The notes: generated by a model from the letters alone, not told the origin. A stretch of 64,000 nt of DNA from Minisyncoccia bacterium (GCA_049997875.1 JBEKRC010000004.1:8928-72927); one strand, 5' to 3'; shown: positions 1 to 9,560, counted from the first letter of the stretch. Program-made: numbers and translations.

Positions 1-110
1 AAAAATGGGACTCAAGCACCTCGTACGGCGCCCCGTCCATAATAAAAAGAATCCCCTTAGTGAGATCAGTATAGGCCAGCGACATATTGGATAGGATTGT
101 AAACCAAAAA

Positions 111-135
111 CCGCCGGGATGCAACTCCTCGGCGG
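111..135. terminator. GC hairpin (CCGCCG/CGGCGG) flanked by an A-run and a T-run; bidirectional intrinsic terminator, downstream of the minus-strand KH/rpsP genes
   Basis: Sequence shows inverted repeat ccgccg...cggcgg with aaaccaaaaa upstream and ctttt downstream; on the minus strand the stem is followed by TTTTTGG. Confidence 0.55.
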
Positions 136-171
136 CTTTTGTGCGAAAGTGTTATACGTTGCGCGTATAGC

Positions 172-501
172 TTAGTACCCGTCGCGAGTCGCTTCCGGTC
201 TTCCTTCGCCTCTCGGTCGTTCGGTCCTCGGAGGCCTTGTGCTCCCTTCCGGCTCTTCAATCTTCAGATTCACGCGGGCGTTGTTCTTGACGCCGACGAT
301 CCTCAAAAGCGAGCGGATGGCCTTCGCGGTCGCGCCCTGACGGCCGACCACCTGGCCCATGTCCATCGCGTTCACGCGAAGGGAGAGCAAAACGCCCATT
401 TCGTCAACCTTTCGGTCAACCTTCACGTCCTCCGGATGGTCCACGAGAGACTTCACCAGATACTCAAGGAATTCCTGATCTGCAGTAGATGAATTCGCCA
501 T
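172..501 (-). CDS. KH-domain RNA-binding protein (KhpA/YlqC-like) with Arg/Glu-rich C-terminal tail
   Basis: 109-aa ORF; the VGxxIGRQGxTAKAIR-like KH motif (VVGRQGATAKAIRSLL) is present; it lies immediately downstream of rpsP, the conserved rpsP-KH arrangement. Confidence 0.75.
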   Translation of the reverse strand: MANSSTADQEFLEYLVKSLVDHPEDVKVDRKVDEMGVLLSLRVNAMDMGQVVGRQGATAKAIRSLLRIVGVKNNARVNLKIEEPEGSTRPPRTERPRGEGRPEATRDGY

Positions 502-531
502 TGAACTTCTGTTTGTGCTTTCGACCTTTCG

Positions 532-888
532 CTATTGTGCCGCCGCAGCGGTTCCGGCCATTTTCTCTTTGTCTGCAGAAGCTGCCGCAGCGCCGACTGC
601 CGCCCCTTCCCCCGCTTTTGCTTTCTTTCTCGTCTTCACCGTCTTCTTCGGAAGGGAAAGCGCCCCGTGCGCCACAAGCAAATTATGCACCGTAAGCGTC
701 GGCTGCGCGCCCATTTTCACCCAATGCGCAACACGCTCCTTGTTCAACGCTGCCACTTTTGTAAGCGGATGGTACGAGCCAAGGTCTTCCACGGGCGGTG
801 CCGCCATTTTGGACCGCTTCTCGGCAACAACCAACCGATAGCTTGGATGATGCTTCTTGCCGATACGCTGCAACTTGATCGCCAACAT
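532..888 (-). CDS. rpsP: 30S ribosomal protein S16
   Basis: MLAIKLQRIGKKHHPSYRLVVAEKRSKMAAP...VKLNKERVAHWVKMGAQPT matches the S16 N-terminal signature. The ATG at 888 is preferred; the track's TTG at 912 lies inside the upstream terminator hairpin. There is an A/G/K-rich C-terminal extension. Confidence 0.85.
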   Translation of the reverse strand: MLAIKLQRIGKKHHPSYRLVVAEKRSKMAAPPVEDLGSYHPLTKVAALNKERVAHWVKMGAQPTLTVHNLLVAHGALSLPKKTVKTRKKAKAGEGAAVGAAAASADKEKMAGTAAAAQ

Positions 889-910
889 AGGGAACAGTGT
901 AGCAAAATCC

Positions 911-935
911 AAAACCCCGCGTCAAGCGGGGTTTT
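911..935. terminator. Perfect 10-bp hairpin AAAACCCCGC-gtcaa-GCGGGGTTTT with A/T flanks; intrinsic terminator usable on either strand
   Basis: Seen directly in the sequence; it sits between the membrane-protein gene (999..1703) and rpsP. Confidence 0.7.
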
Positions 936-998
936 AGATGCTACGCACATAAATTTGGTTTTTGCCTCGCTGCCAAATTTAGAATCTTTTCACAAACT

Positions 999-1703
999 CT
1001 ATCGCGCTTCCGTGCGATCGCGCAACTTTCCCAAAAGGTATGTCGCGTATTCCCTCCCGCCAAGGCCGAAGGCCAAACCGCCCGCCAGGGCAAGCATCGC
1101 GATGAATCCCGTCACAATGCTTTGGATGATAGAAACCGCAATCTCTAGCTGCGTAAGCGCCGCAAGGAACCCGAAGATCACGATCGCCCACCACGTGAGC
1201 GTCCCCAAGAAGTGCGCCGCGTGGAGCTTTGCGCTCAAAACCGACGCCATCACGACCCGCCGCATGAAATGCCCCACGACCACCGCCGCGAGCATGATGA
1301 GCACCGCCGCGATCACGTTCGGAATATACGTGAGCACCGCGCCCAAGAAGTTTGAGAGTGCGTAGAGGCCCAGGCTGCCGCACACCGCAAGCAGAAACGC
1401 AATCACAATGAACCAGTAGACCAGGCGGCCGAGGAAATACGATCCCCGAAGGCGCAGGCCGGCGCGTTCAAAATAGGGCCTCAGACCAAGCTTTTGAAGA
1501 AACGTGTCCAGGCGAAGCGCTTCAAAGATCTTTTCCACGAGCGCTCCCAGCGCTGCGGCGACGATAAGGCCGAGGATAAGAACGATGATTGCTCCGATCA
1601 GGTTCGGCACAAAGCTCGCGAATTGGAGCCATACGCTCTGGAGCGACACCACCACAAACTCCGTCCAACTCTGTATTATCATTATTTCATGACAAACCCC
1701 CAA
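999..1703 (-). CDS. Polytopic membrane protein, conserved-TM-helix-repeat / small mechanosensitive channel-like
   Basis: 234 aa with multiple hydrophobic helices (IGAIIVLILGLIVAAALGALVEKIF...) and repeated helix modules; no catalytic motifs. Confidence 0.5.
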   Translation of the reverse strand: MGVCHEIMIIQSWTEFVVVSLQSVWLQFASFVPNLIGAIIVLILGLIVAAALGALVEKIFEALRLDTFLQKLGLRPYFERAGLRLRGSYFLGRLVYWFIVIAFLLAVCGSLGLYALSNFLGAVLTYIPNVIAAVLIMLAAVVVGHFMRRVVMASVLSAKLHAAHFLGTLTWWAIVIFGFLAALTQLEIAVSIIQSIVTGFIAMLALAGGLAFGLGGREYATYLLGKLRDRTEAR

Positions 1704-1747
1704 AACTGTCGACCTTTAGGCTACCCTATTATTATAACCGATTCAGC

Positions 1748-2440
1748 CTAGCCGGCTGTGGATGACGCAAGGGCTCGGTCAATCACCGCTTTAAAGTCAT
1801 CAAAGCCGTTCGGATTCGGAATCTGCGTCCGATTTAGGAAGAAGGTCGGTGTGTGGTCAATGGAAGCAGCGTTCCCGCTTGCCACATCGGCAGCAATCTT
1901 ATCCGTCACCTTGGTTGTATTGATGTCCTGGTTAAACTTATTCACGTCCAAACCGAGCGAGGCAGCGTAGCCGTCAAAATATTGGCCCACGACTGCGTCC
2001 GGCGATGCGGCCACCCACTCGCTTTGTTTTTGATACAGCACGCCGTGCATCTCCCAATATTTTCCCTGAAGCCCTGCCGCTTCCGCCGCCTGTGAGGAAA
2101 TCTGCGCATCGGGGTGAATGGAATACAATGGAAAATTCCTGAATGCGAAAAGGACCGTGCTGCTGAAATTCTGCACAAGCTGGCTCATGATCGGCGCCCA
2201 TTCGGCACATGCCGGGCATTCATAGTCGGCATATTCAATCACGGTCACGCTTGCTTTCGGATTGCCGCGCGTCCAGTCGGAAGACGCGATCGCGGGCACC
2301 GTGGTCGCCACGAATCCCTTGGGAGTTGAACTGCTGTTTGATCCCGTAGAAAATCCGCCGGACAAGACACCCGCCACAATCACGACCGCTACCGCGAGCG
2401 CCACAAACCCAATGATGAACCAAAGTGTGATTTTATCCAT
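1748..2440 (-). CDS. DsbA-like thiol:disulfide oxidoreductase, membrane-anchored
   Basis: N-terminal TM segment (ITLWFIIGFVALAVAVVIVAGVL), thioredoxin-fold CPAC active site (YECPACAEW) and DsbA-like C-terminal region; the ATG at 2440 is chosen (MDKITLW). Confidence 0.75.
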   Translation of the reverse strand: MDKITLWFIIGFVALAVAVVIVAGVLSGGFSTGSNSSSTPKGFVATTVPAIASSDWTRGNPKASVTVIEYADYECPACAEWAPIMSQLVQNFSSTVLFAFRNFPLYSIHPDAQISSQAAEAAGLQGKYWEMHGVLYQKQSEWVAASPDAVVGQYFDGYAASLGLDVNKFNQDINTTKVTDKIAADVASGNAASIDHTPTFFLNRTQIPNPNGFDDFKAVIDRALASSTAG

Positions 2441-2444
2441 AGGA

Positions 2445-2660
2445 TTACGGCCGGTTATGCCGCAAATTGTCCATCGCCCAGCAATATTCAATAAATAGAA
2501 ACGCAATCCACTGCGGGTCGTGCATCGCAATAAGGATCCAGGTACCGAAAACAAGCGCCACTGTTTCAATCACCCAAAAAATCGCATCAAAGATCTCCTC
2601 GTGCCGCGATTTCTCCTCGTTATTCGTGATGTATTTCAGAAATTTCCACACGATTTTCAT
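2445..2660 (-). CDS. Small hypothetical membrane protein (71 aa)
   Basis: ORF from the ATG at 2660 (MKIVWKFLKY...) with one hydrophobic helix; AT-rich; no recognisable motif. Confidence 0.35.
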   Translation of the reverse strand: MKIVWKFLKYITNNEEKSRHEEIFDAIFWVIETVALVFGTWILIAMHDPQWIAFLFIEYCWAMDNLRHNRP

Positions 2661-2668
2661 GTTACGCG

Positions 2669-2980
2669 TTATTGCAGCAATAGCACAATCACCACTCCGA
2701 TAAGGAACAAAATCAACCATGCGAGCGTGGCAAAGAGCAGAACAAATGCTTCCTTTTTAAGGCCGTTCAAATATAGGTAAATGGGTCTTCCCAGAACCAA
2801 TAGTCCCGTTATGGAAGCCGATACGACGAACAGCAGCAACGCGAACAACGGCGTAAGAAAACTGGTCGTCCTGCCGAAGATCGCCTGGCTATTGAAACCA
2901 AGCCAGGCAACCGCAGCGACATATAAAAACGTACCGACCGCGCTTATCAAACTTTTTGAGACATACTCTGACTTTTTCAT
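2669..2980 (-). CDS. Hypothetical 3-TM membrane protein (103 aa)
   Basis: Three hydrophobic helices; AT-rich islet adjacent to DsbA. Confidence 0.4.
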   Translation of the reverse strand: MKKSEYVSKSLISAVGTFLYVAAVAWLGFNSQAIFGRTTSFLTPLFALLLFVVSASITGLLVLGRPIYLYLNGLKKEAFVLLFATLAWLILFLIGVVIVLLLQ

Positions 2981-3115
2981 AGATTTCGTTTTCCTTGTGG
3001 ACTCAGCGAGAATCGGACTCGCGTCTCCGCAATGCGAATGCGGCGTATTACCACTATACTATGAGCCCCTGTTTCTCTTTAGAAGATAATAGCACCTAAC
3101 AAAAAGTTTTTCAAT

Positions 3116-4012
3116 TCATTTCAGGAAATTATAGGGAAAGTTGCTGAATCTTCTCTTCGCGAACATCGGTACGGAATGAAAGAACTGGATCCATGCCCTA
3201 AGGTAGTGTTTTTTAACATAGATGTCCTCATTGTGCTCAACGAGCAGCTTGAATATCGCCAAAATTGTTTCTTGATAATACTCGTGGCTATTTGTGCGCA
3301 GAGTCTTTCGCCATAGATTGATTATTCTTTCGTTCTCGGGGGCGTTGATAAACGTTTCTACGGAGAAGAGAGACCTCGTCCCCAATATGCTGAATATTTC
3401 ATGTGCATCCGGATCGCCAATGGTTAGATATTTCCCTTTGTATGCATAAAGGATCCTCGGGAAGGGATCGTATCCGGTCTTGTCCTCTATCAAAAATGGG
3501 AGGCGGACGTTGCGCTCATCCAACTCTCTCTTTAGACGTTTGATCTGTTTCTTTCCATAATAATCGACGACGAAATGCTTCGGGTGCGGGACGATGATCA
3601 TCATTTCCCGTTTGTGAGCGACATACTCTAAAAACTCTTCTTCGGTGAGATTAGCAAAGATCTCTTCGTTAGGCAGAATTCGGTAATGAAGCTTCTCGGT
3701 GTAGCCCCTCAGATCGTCATGATTGCCGAAAGTCAGGAGTTCCCTTCTTGCAACTAGCTTTAAAACGGCGTCGGTCATCCTTTTTTTTATTTTCCACTGG
3801 ATGCCCGGGATGACCAGTACCTTTTCGGTGGAAAAACTTATCGCTTGGCTTACCAATAATGGAATTACGTTATGGTCCGATACGCCTAAAACCGCATATT
3901 CTTTTTCTTTCAGGGTTTTTTCCAAGTATGCCACATATTCGCGAATTGTGGTCGAGCTATCATGGGATCTTTCCGAATGGACGTGAAAAAGGAAAAAGAG
4001 GCGCGGGCTCAC
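3116..4012 (-). CDS. PHP-domain metal-dependent phosphoesterase
   Basis: PHP motifs HVHSERSHDS (HxH..S.D) and VSDHN; 298 aa; AT-rich relative to flanks. Confidence 0.6.
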   Translation of the reverse strand: MSPRLFFLFHVHSERSHDSSTTIREYVAYLEKTLKEKEYAVLGVSDHNVIPLLVSQAISFSTEKVLVIPGIQWKIKKRMTDAVLKLVARRELLTFGNHDDLRGYTEKLHYRILPNEEIFANLTEEEFLEYVAHKREMMIIVPHPKHFVVDYYGKKQIKRLKRELDERNVRLPFLIEDKTGYDPFPRILYAYKGKYLTIGDPDAHEIFSILGTRSLFSVETFINAPENERIINLWRKTLRTNSHEYYQETILAIFKLLVEHNEDIYVKKHYLRAWIQFFHSVPMFAKRRFSNFPYNFLK

Positions 4013-4031
4013 AAGATAATGTTAACACGGC

Positions 4032-6254
4032 TCACGCCGCAGCCGGTTCCAGCTTCAGGGAAACGATCTTTGACGTCCCGTCCTCGCCAAGCGTCACGCC
4101 ATAGAGGATGTCCGCCACCTCCATCGTCGCGCGGTTGTGGGTCACGATGATAAATTGCGTCCGCTTTGAAAAATCTTTGAGCATGTCGCCGAAGCGGCGG
4201 GCATTGCGCTCGTCAAGAGGCGCGTCAACCTCGTCCAGCACAAGAAACGGCGGCGGACTTACGGCCACCATCGCGAAAAGCGCGGCGATGCCGACCAAGC
4301 TCCGCTCGCCGCCCGAGAGCATGTCAAGCGTCGTAACCTTCTTCCGCGGCAGGCGGATGTCAATGTCCACGCCGCCGTCTTTTTCTATCGCCATTTCCTC
4401 CTCGGCCTTCTCTCCCTCGTCACGCATCGCTCCCTCGCCAGCATCGCCTTCCTCCGCGTCGCCCGCCTCCACTTTTGCCACCCTTGGCTTTTCCACCTTC
4501 AACTTTGCCATGCCGCCGCCGAACATAAGCGCGAAGAATTTGCCGAATTCCTCATTGATCTTCGTAAGCGATTTATCAAATTCCGTTTTTATCTTTTCGC
4601 TCAATTCCTGCATGAGGCGCGTGAGGTCCGCAACTGCTTTTTCAAGGTCTTCGGATTCCTTTGTAAGGAAGGCGTACCGCGTTTCGGTGTCGCGCGCTTC
4701 TTTCATAAGTGCTTGATCAATCTCACCGATGGATGCAAGATCGCCACGCAGTCGGAAAATCCGCTGCTCCATTGCATGAAGATCGCCCTCGTGCATGGCT
4801 TCCGGAACCTCCGCGTGCGCGAATTCCTCCGCGCGCCGCCCCGCCTGCTCAATTTGGTGCAATACCTCGCCGCGCCGCAAATCCACCCGCTCTTTCTGGA
4901 GCACATGCTCCCGATGCTCGTTTTCCCATTCCCCTATCCGGTCCTTCGCCGCCTGCACATCCGCAACCGCGGCCTTGAAAACCTTGTAAAAACTTTCCTG
5001 GCTTTGCTCAAAGGATTTTTCTTTTTCCCGAAGCCCAAGAACTTCTTTCTCCAGAGAAACGAGGTCGCGGGATATTTTCTCAAATTGCGCCTTAAGCCCG
5101 CCCTCCGCGTCTTTCGATTTTCCGCCTTCCTTTTCTTTCTCTACGAGGACATCCTTAATTTCCTCCAGGATATTTTCTGCCGTCGCATGCAGTTCAAGCG
5201 CATCTTCCTCAAGCGCGCGTTCCAGCTCTTCCTTCACCATACGCACCAGGTTCAAAAGGCGCTCTGCGGAGGGACTGCTGCTTGTGACGCCAGTTTCTCC
5301 CGATTCTCTGAGCTCAATCTGCGCCTCCAAGCGCCCGAGATCTTTCTGCAGGGCACTTCGTTTCTCCCCCAACGACCCGATCTCGGCGCGGATCGCCGCA
5401 AGGTTCTTCTGCTCCGCCGGCTGGCTCGCTTCAATCTCCGCCTGCCGCGTTTCCGCCTCGCGCCGCGCGCGGTCCAAAATCTCCCGCTGTTTCTCGTTTA
5501 CCGCAATCTTTTCTTCCACTTCCCCGCTCTGCCGCGCGAGCTCCTTCAATCGGAAGCCGAAAAAGATCGCCTCCAGCCCGCGCAATTCCTCCTCAAGCGC
5601 GCCGCGCTTTTCCCACCGGTTCGTCTGCCGCTTCAGTGACCGCAAGTGCGGCAGGATTTCTTCAACCAGCGCTTTCGTTTTATCCAAATTGATCCGGCTA
5701 TTCTTCAACCGCCGCTCCGCATCCGCCTTTTTGAGCTGATATTCGCGGAGACCTAAAAGTTCCTCTATCATCTCGCGGCGCTCCATGGGCGTTGAGCGGA
5801 CAAAAAGATCGCTGTCGCCCTGGCCTATAATGATGAGCCCGCGCGAGCCCATGCGCGCCTTTGCAAAGAAATCAACAAGGTCGCGGAGAAGCACCTCCGC
5901 CTTATTCAAAAAATACTTGCTGTCGCCGCCGCGCGAAACCTGCCGCGTGATCATAACCTCCTCAAAATCCACCGGGAAAAACTTGTTCCGGTTCTCAAAG
6001 TGCAAACTGGCGTTCGCCATACCCACGCGCGGACGCTTCTGGGTCCCGGCGAAAATAAGGTCTTCCACTTTACCGCCGCGCAGATTTTTCGCATCCCGCT
6101 CGCCGAGAAGCCATCGCATGGCGTCCACCAAGTTTGATTTCCCTGACCCATTCGGCCCCACGATCGCCACAATCCCCGCCGGAAATTCCAAAACCGTCTT
6201 CCCCGCGAAGGATTTGAATCCGTTCAATTCAAGCCGCTTCAAAAAATGTGCCAT
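4032..6254 (-). CDS. smc: SMC-like chromosome segregation ATPase, short form with no recognisable hinge
   Basis: N-terminal Walker A FKSFAGKTVLEFPAGIVAIVGPNGSGKSNLVDAM; C-terminal signature LSGGERSLVGIAALFAM and Walker B FLVLDEVDAPLDE; the middle is a long Glu/Arg/Lys-rich coiled coil. ATG at 6254 (MAHFLKRLELNGF), 5 nt downstream of the rnc stop. About 740 aa versus ~1150-1200 for canonical SMC. Confidence 0.75.
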   Translation of the reverse strand: MAHFLKRLELNGFKSFAGKTVLEFPAGIVAIVGPNGSGKSNLVDAMRWLLGERDAKNLRGGKVEDLIFAGTQKRPRVGMANASLHFENRNKFFPVDFEEVMITRQVSRGGDSKYFLNKAEVLLRDLVDFFAKARMGSRGLIIIGQGDSDLFVRSTPMERREMIEELLGLREYQLKKADAERRLKNSRINLDKTKALVEEILPHLRSLKRQTNRWEKRGALEEELRGLEAIFFGFRLKELARQSGEVEEKIAVNEKQREILDRARREAETRQAEIEASQPAEQKNLAAIRAEIGSLGEKRSALQKDLGRLEAQIELRESGETGVTSSSPSAERLLNLVRMVKEELERALEEDALELHATAENILEEIKDVLVEKEKEGGKSKDAEGGLKAQFEKISRDLVSLEKEVLGLREKEKSFEQSQESFYKVFKAAVADVQAAKDRIGEWENEHREHVLQKERVDLRRGEVLHQIEQAGRRAEEFAHAEVPEAMHEGDLHAMEQRIFRLRGDLASIGEIDQALMKEARDTETRYAFLTKESEDLEKAVADLTRLMQELSEKIKTEFDKSLTKINEEFGKFFALMFGGGMAKLKVEKPRVAKVEAGDAEEGDAGEGAMRDEGEKAEEEMAIEKDGGVDIDIRLPRKKVTTLDMLSGGERSLVGIAALFAMVAVSPPPFLVLDEVDAPLDERNARRFGDMLKDFSKRTQFIIVTHNRATMEVADILYGVTLGEDGTSKIVSLKLEPAAA

Positions 6255-6258
6255 TGCG

Positions 6259-6948
6259 TTACGGGAGACGTTTTTGGAGCGCGTGCTTCGCTGCGTCAAG
6301 TTCTGCTTCCTGTTTGGATGCTCCCTCGCCGTCCGCCACAAACTTGTCCCCGAAATAAACGCCCATTTTGAAGACACGCTGGTGCGCGGGACCCGTTTCT
6401 TCCATCACGCGATAGGTAGGGGTGATGCGCAATCTTTCCTGGATCAATTCCTGCAGTTCGCTCTTCGCGTCCCGGTAGCTTTTCGTCTTCATCACATCCT
6501 CCAGGTTACTCACAATGTTCTTTTTCACGAACGCGTGAACTTTTTCAATCCCCTGGTCAAGGTACATCGCACCGATCACCGCCTCAATCGCGTTCGCGAG
6601 GATAACCTCGCGCGCCTTGCCGGTATCTTTCCGTTCGCCGCGCGACATCAGAATGAAACCATCCAAACCGATGGACTCCGCGATGCGCGCCAAAATTTGG
6701 TAGTTCACAAGCGCCGCGCGGAGCACGGTCAATTTTCCTTCGGGATAATCGGGAAATTTTGCGAAAAGCGCTTCCGAAACGAGCAATTCCAAAACCGCGT
6801 CGCCGAGATACTCCAGGCGCTCGTTGTGCGGCAACCGCCATCTCGGGAACTCATTCAAGTACGAACGGTGGGTCAGCGCTTCGGTCAATAGGTCTTCGTT
6901 CTTGAATGAAATTCCGAGTTTTTTCTGTAATGGTGTGGTATCCATCAT
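6259..6948 (-). CDS. rnc: Ribonuclease III
   Basis: RNase III signature HRSYLNE...[13 protein letters not shown] plus a C-terminal dsRBD ([18 protein letters not shown]). Confidence 0.9.
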   Translation of the reverse strand: MMDTTPLQKKLGISFKNEDLLTEALTHRSYLNEFPRWRLPHNERLEYLGDAVLELLVSEALFAKFPDYPEGKLTVLRAALVNYQILARIAESIGLDGFILMSRGERKDTGKAREVILANAIEAVIGAMYLDQGIEKVHAFVKKNIVSNLEDVMKTKSYRDAKSELQELIQERLRITPTYRVMEETGPAHQRVFKMGVYFGDKFVADGEGASKQEAELDAAKHALQKRLP

Positions 6949-7403
6949 TTTTTTTGCGTGGAACGTTCTACGTCCGCCGCCTTCCGCTCTCCTACTTCGC
7001 GGTAGATCGTTCCCAAAACGCCGTTCACGAACCGCGCCGCGTTCGGTCCCCCGTAATTCTTCGCAAGCTCAATCGCTTCGTTGATGGCCACCTTCGGCGG
7101 CACTTCTTCGGGATCGGCGTACAAAAGCTCGTAGAGGCCGATGCGCAGGATGTTGCGGTCAATGATGGCGATCTTGTCCAGCGGCCACTCGGGAGCGGCT
7201 TTCGTGATCACATTGTCAATGTGTTTCGTGTGCTCCACGACGCCCTTCAAAATTTTCCACGCGAACTCCGGCTCATCAATGCTGGGCGCGAATTCGGCGA
7301 GGTTCCGCTCCAGAATCTCCGTCACGTCCTTTTTGCGACCGTAAAAATCCCACTCATAGAGGGTTTGGAGAATCACGGTCCGAATTAAGTGTCTGGTTGC
7401 CAT
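6945..7403 (-). CDS. nusB: Transcription antitermination factor NusB
   Basis: 152 aa; [22 protein letters not shown]...[20 protein letters not shown] is the typical NusB fold sequence. Confidence 0.85.
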   Translation of the reverse strand: MATRHLIRTVILQTLYEWDFYGRKKDVTEILERNLAEFAPSIDEPEFAWKILKGVVEHTKHIDNVITKAAPEWPLDKIAIIDRNILRIGLYELLYADPEEVPPKVAINEAIELAKNYGGPNAARFVNGVLGTIYREVGERKAADVERSTQKK

Positions 7404-7444
7404 TGTGTTTCTAAAGAACTGACCGCCCCGCTATCCGCGCGCCT

Positions 7445-7597
7445 TCATTTTGCTCCGCATTGCGCGCAGGCGCGGTGCGCCAATTTCGGCGCGCCGCAAT
7501 TTTTACAGACAAACAGGCGCTGTTTTTTCATCGCCAAATGCGAACGCCGCCGACCCACTTTCCCTTTTGAGTGATGTTTGACTGGTACGCCTCCCAT
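7445..7597 (-). CDS. rpmF: 50S ribosomal protein L32 (50 aa; below the 60-aa cutoff of the ORF track)
   Basis: Translating the minus strand gives MGGVPVKHHSKGKVGRRRSHLAMKKQRLFVCKNCGAPKLAHRACAQCGAK*, matching the L32 pattern (basic N-terminus, RRSH, CxxC..CxxC zinc ribbon). ATG at 7597, TGA at 7445. Confidence 0.8.
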   Translation of the reverse strand: MGGVPVKHHSKGKVGRRRSHLAMKKQRLFVCKNCGAPKLAHRACAQCGAK

Positions 7598-7612
7598 TGC
7601 CTTGCCGCGTGT

Positions 7613-8212
7613 CTATGCGTCCATGATAGATGATTTTGCGACGAACGTCAAACGGTGCGCGGGGCAGGGGCCGTGCGTTTGGATCGCCTTCCGATGCGCT
7701 TTCGTTCCGTATCCTTTGTGGATTTCAAAACCGTATGCCGGGTATCGCTTCGCAAGCCGCCGCATCAGGCGGTCGCGATGAACCTTCGCCACAACCGAGG
7801 CAATCTTTACGGCGTTTATCTTTTCGTCGCCCCTCACGATTGTCTTTGCACCCGTAGGCTGCTCGCCATTGCCCAAAAAAAGGCCGCCATCAAGGAAAAC
7901 GCGGCAGTTCCTTATCCCCGTCAATCTTCCAAAAGCCCGCGCTGCCGCAAGATTGGCGGCTTTTGAAATGTTCCGCTTCTCTATCTGTCGCGGATACACA
8001 CGCGCTAAAGCGAATTCTACAATCTGATGTTCGTTCCAATACGCGCACCACGCTTCGCGCTTCTTCGCGCTCAACTTCTTGGAATCTTTTAATATGCCGA
8101 GTATGCGATTGTGCGGTTTAAATCCGGCGGGCACTGCTGCGGCAGCAACCACGACCGGTCCCGCAAGCGCGCCGCGGCCAACTTCATCCACCCCCACAAT
8201 CCATTTCGTCAT
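7613..8212 (-). CDS. rnhB: Ribonuclease HII
   Basis: GVDEVGRGALAGPVVVAAA N-terminal RNase HII motif and conserved catalytic region; 199 aa. Confidence 0.85.
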   Translation of the reverse strand: MTKWIVGVDEVGRGALAGPVVVAAAAVPAGFKPHNRILGILKDSKKLSAKKREAWCAYWNEHQIVEFALARVYPRQIEKRNISKAANLAAARAFGRLTGIRNCRVFLDGGLFLGNGEQPTGAKTIVRGDEKINAVKIASVVAKVHRDRLMRRLAKRYPAYGFEIHKGYGTKAHRKAIQTHGPCPAHRLTFVAKSSIMDA

Positions 8213-8223
8213 TGAAAAGCTTT

Positions 8224-8634
8224 TTAGAGCCCTCCCCCAAAATTCCCCAAATTCCCCACCTCATTTAATGACGACTGGACCAGCTGCTGCGTCCACACGA
8301 TCAAAAGCCACATCATGACAACCGTTGAGATTCCCATAAGCACGGAGGCGATGATGCCGATCTGTTTCGCATTTTCATCGTCGGATCTGATATATTTGAC
8401 CCCCGGCCAATAATGTAACGCCAGGAACGCGATCCACGGCATAACAATGCTCAACGCATAAATCCATGCCTGCGTTGCCGCCGTCGTGGAAAGTGGTTTC
8501 TCTTTGAGCGCCCCTCCGCAGTTCGGACAAAAATAAAATTCCGGCTGCACCGGCTGATGGCACGCGGGACAGATAGACAGGCGTGCATCTGGTGCTTGCG
8601 TCACCGGAGAAATTGGCACAGGGATGTTCTCCAT
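8224..8634 (-). CDS. Hypothetical zinc-ribbon membrane protein
   Basis: N-terminal CPACHQP...CPNCGG zinc-ribbon followed by two TM helices. Confidence 0.45.
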   Translation of the reverse strand: MENIPVPISPVTQAPDARLSICPACHQPVQPEFYFCPNCGGALKEKPLSTTAATQAWIYALSIVMPWIAFLALHYWPGVKYIRSDDENAKQIGIIASVLMGISTVVMMWLLIVWTQQLVQSSLNEVGNLGNFGGGL

Positions 8635-8643
8635 ACCTTTATT

Positions 8644-9486
8644 TTAGCATCTGTAGGAATTTATCAACCTTTCCAATATTTCCTTTTTCTCCAAAGATTC
8701 TTTCCAAACACTGTTTGAACGTAATCCATTTATACAAACGCCGTCCGAAAAATTTATGACATCTCTAAATCTCAAAAGATCGGCTCTCCGTGAAATACAG
8801 AGTTCATAAAATCGCGCTTCCATCCGGCTCGCGATGCCGAGGTCGGCAAGCAATTCCTTCACTAACTGCAAAATTTCTAAAGAATGCTGGTATCCGCGGA
8901 CGATCCGTTTTCTTGGAGTAAACGTAACGTTGCCTTCGTCGTCATAAAAGGCTTTCAAAAATGCGGTCTTCTCCTCATAAGAACCGCCACGGATATAACT
9001 TAAAAGTTCTCTGACTTTCTGTCTCAAAAACGCTGCAATTTCAACATGATGATAGCTCACCCTCAACACGCCATCTGGCTTCCTGAGCAATTTATAATCA
9101 GAAACTCCCAGGACTGTATCCATAAGCGAGATGACGTTATTTACCAGTGTTCGGCTCCGATTGTTGTAAATAGATGAAACCCGCGAAATTTCTCCATCAA
9201 ACATAAAATGAGCCACCAAACCAACAAAGGCCGCATTCCATTCCAATGGCACCCGGTAAGAATACGGCTTTACAGATTTACCACGCCTCCCGTCGGTTAA
9301 TGTTTTCTGCTTGGCGCGATTGATGGCGAGGAGTCTTCCTTTAAGATAGTTGGACTTTGCTAAATTTTTTATGTGATAAAATGCGGTTGACTTGGGAATG
9401 TTCGTTTCGGTGATAATTTCACCCAAGGTGAAACCTTGCTGCCGAAGTAATTTTATTCTTTCAATGGTTTCAGCGCTCTGCTTCAT
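8644..9486 (-). CDS. LAGLIDADG-type homing-endonuclease-like protein with N-terminal HTH domain
   Basis: Two LAGLIDADG-like motifs (FVGLVAHFMFDGEIS and FLKAFYDDEGNV) and an N-terminal HTH (GFTLGEIITETNIPKSTAFYHIKNL). The ATG at 9486 is 1 nt from the tRNA-Lys 3' end; lower GC than the backbone. Confidence 0.55.
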   Translation of the reverse strand: MKQSAETIERIKLLRQQGFTLGEIITETNIPKSTAFYHIKNLAKSNYLKGRLLAINRAKQKTLTDGRRGKSVKPYSYRVPLEWNAAFVGLVAHFMFDGEISRVSSIYNNRSRTLVNNVISLMDTVLGVSDYKLLRKPDGVLRVSYHHVEIAAFLRQKVRELLSYIRGGSYEEKTAFLKAFYDDEGNVTFTPRKRIVRGYQHSLEILQLVKELLADLGIASRMEARFYELCISRRADLLRFRDVINFSDGVCINGLRSNSVWKESLEKKEILERLINSYRC

Positions 9487-9487
9487 G

Positions 9488-9560
9488 TGCCCCCACTAGG
9501 ACTCGAACCTAGGACCATCTCGTTAAAAGCGAGCTGCTCTGCCAACTGAGCTATGGGGGC
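9488..9560 (-). tRNA. tRNA-Lys (anticodon UUU)
   Basis: Hand-folded cloverleaf: acceptor GCCCCCA/TGGGGGC, D-arm GCTC-AGTTGGCA-GAGC, anticodon loop CTTTTAA, T-arm CTAGG-TTCGAGT-CCTAG, discriminator A; 73 nt; CCA not encoded. Confidence 0.85.

Noticed and set aside
535-1365. 276-aa plus-strand ORF spanning the rpsP and membrane-protein loci
   Set aside because: Antisense to two clearly coding minus-strand genes; Cys/Arg-rich nonsense composition; it crosses the 911..935 terminator hairpin.
4713-6891. Long plus-strand ORFs (308 aa and 368 aa) inside the smc/rnc region
   Set aside because: Antisense shadows of smc and rnc; no motifs; R/L/F-rich composition.
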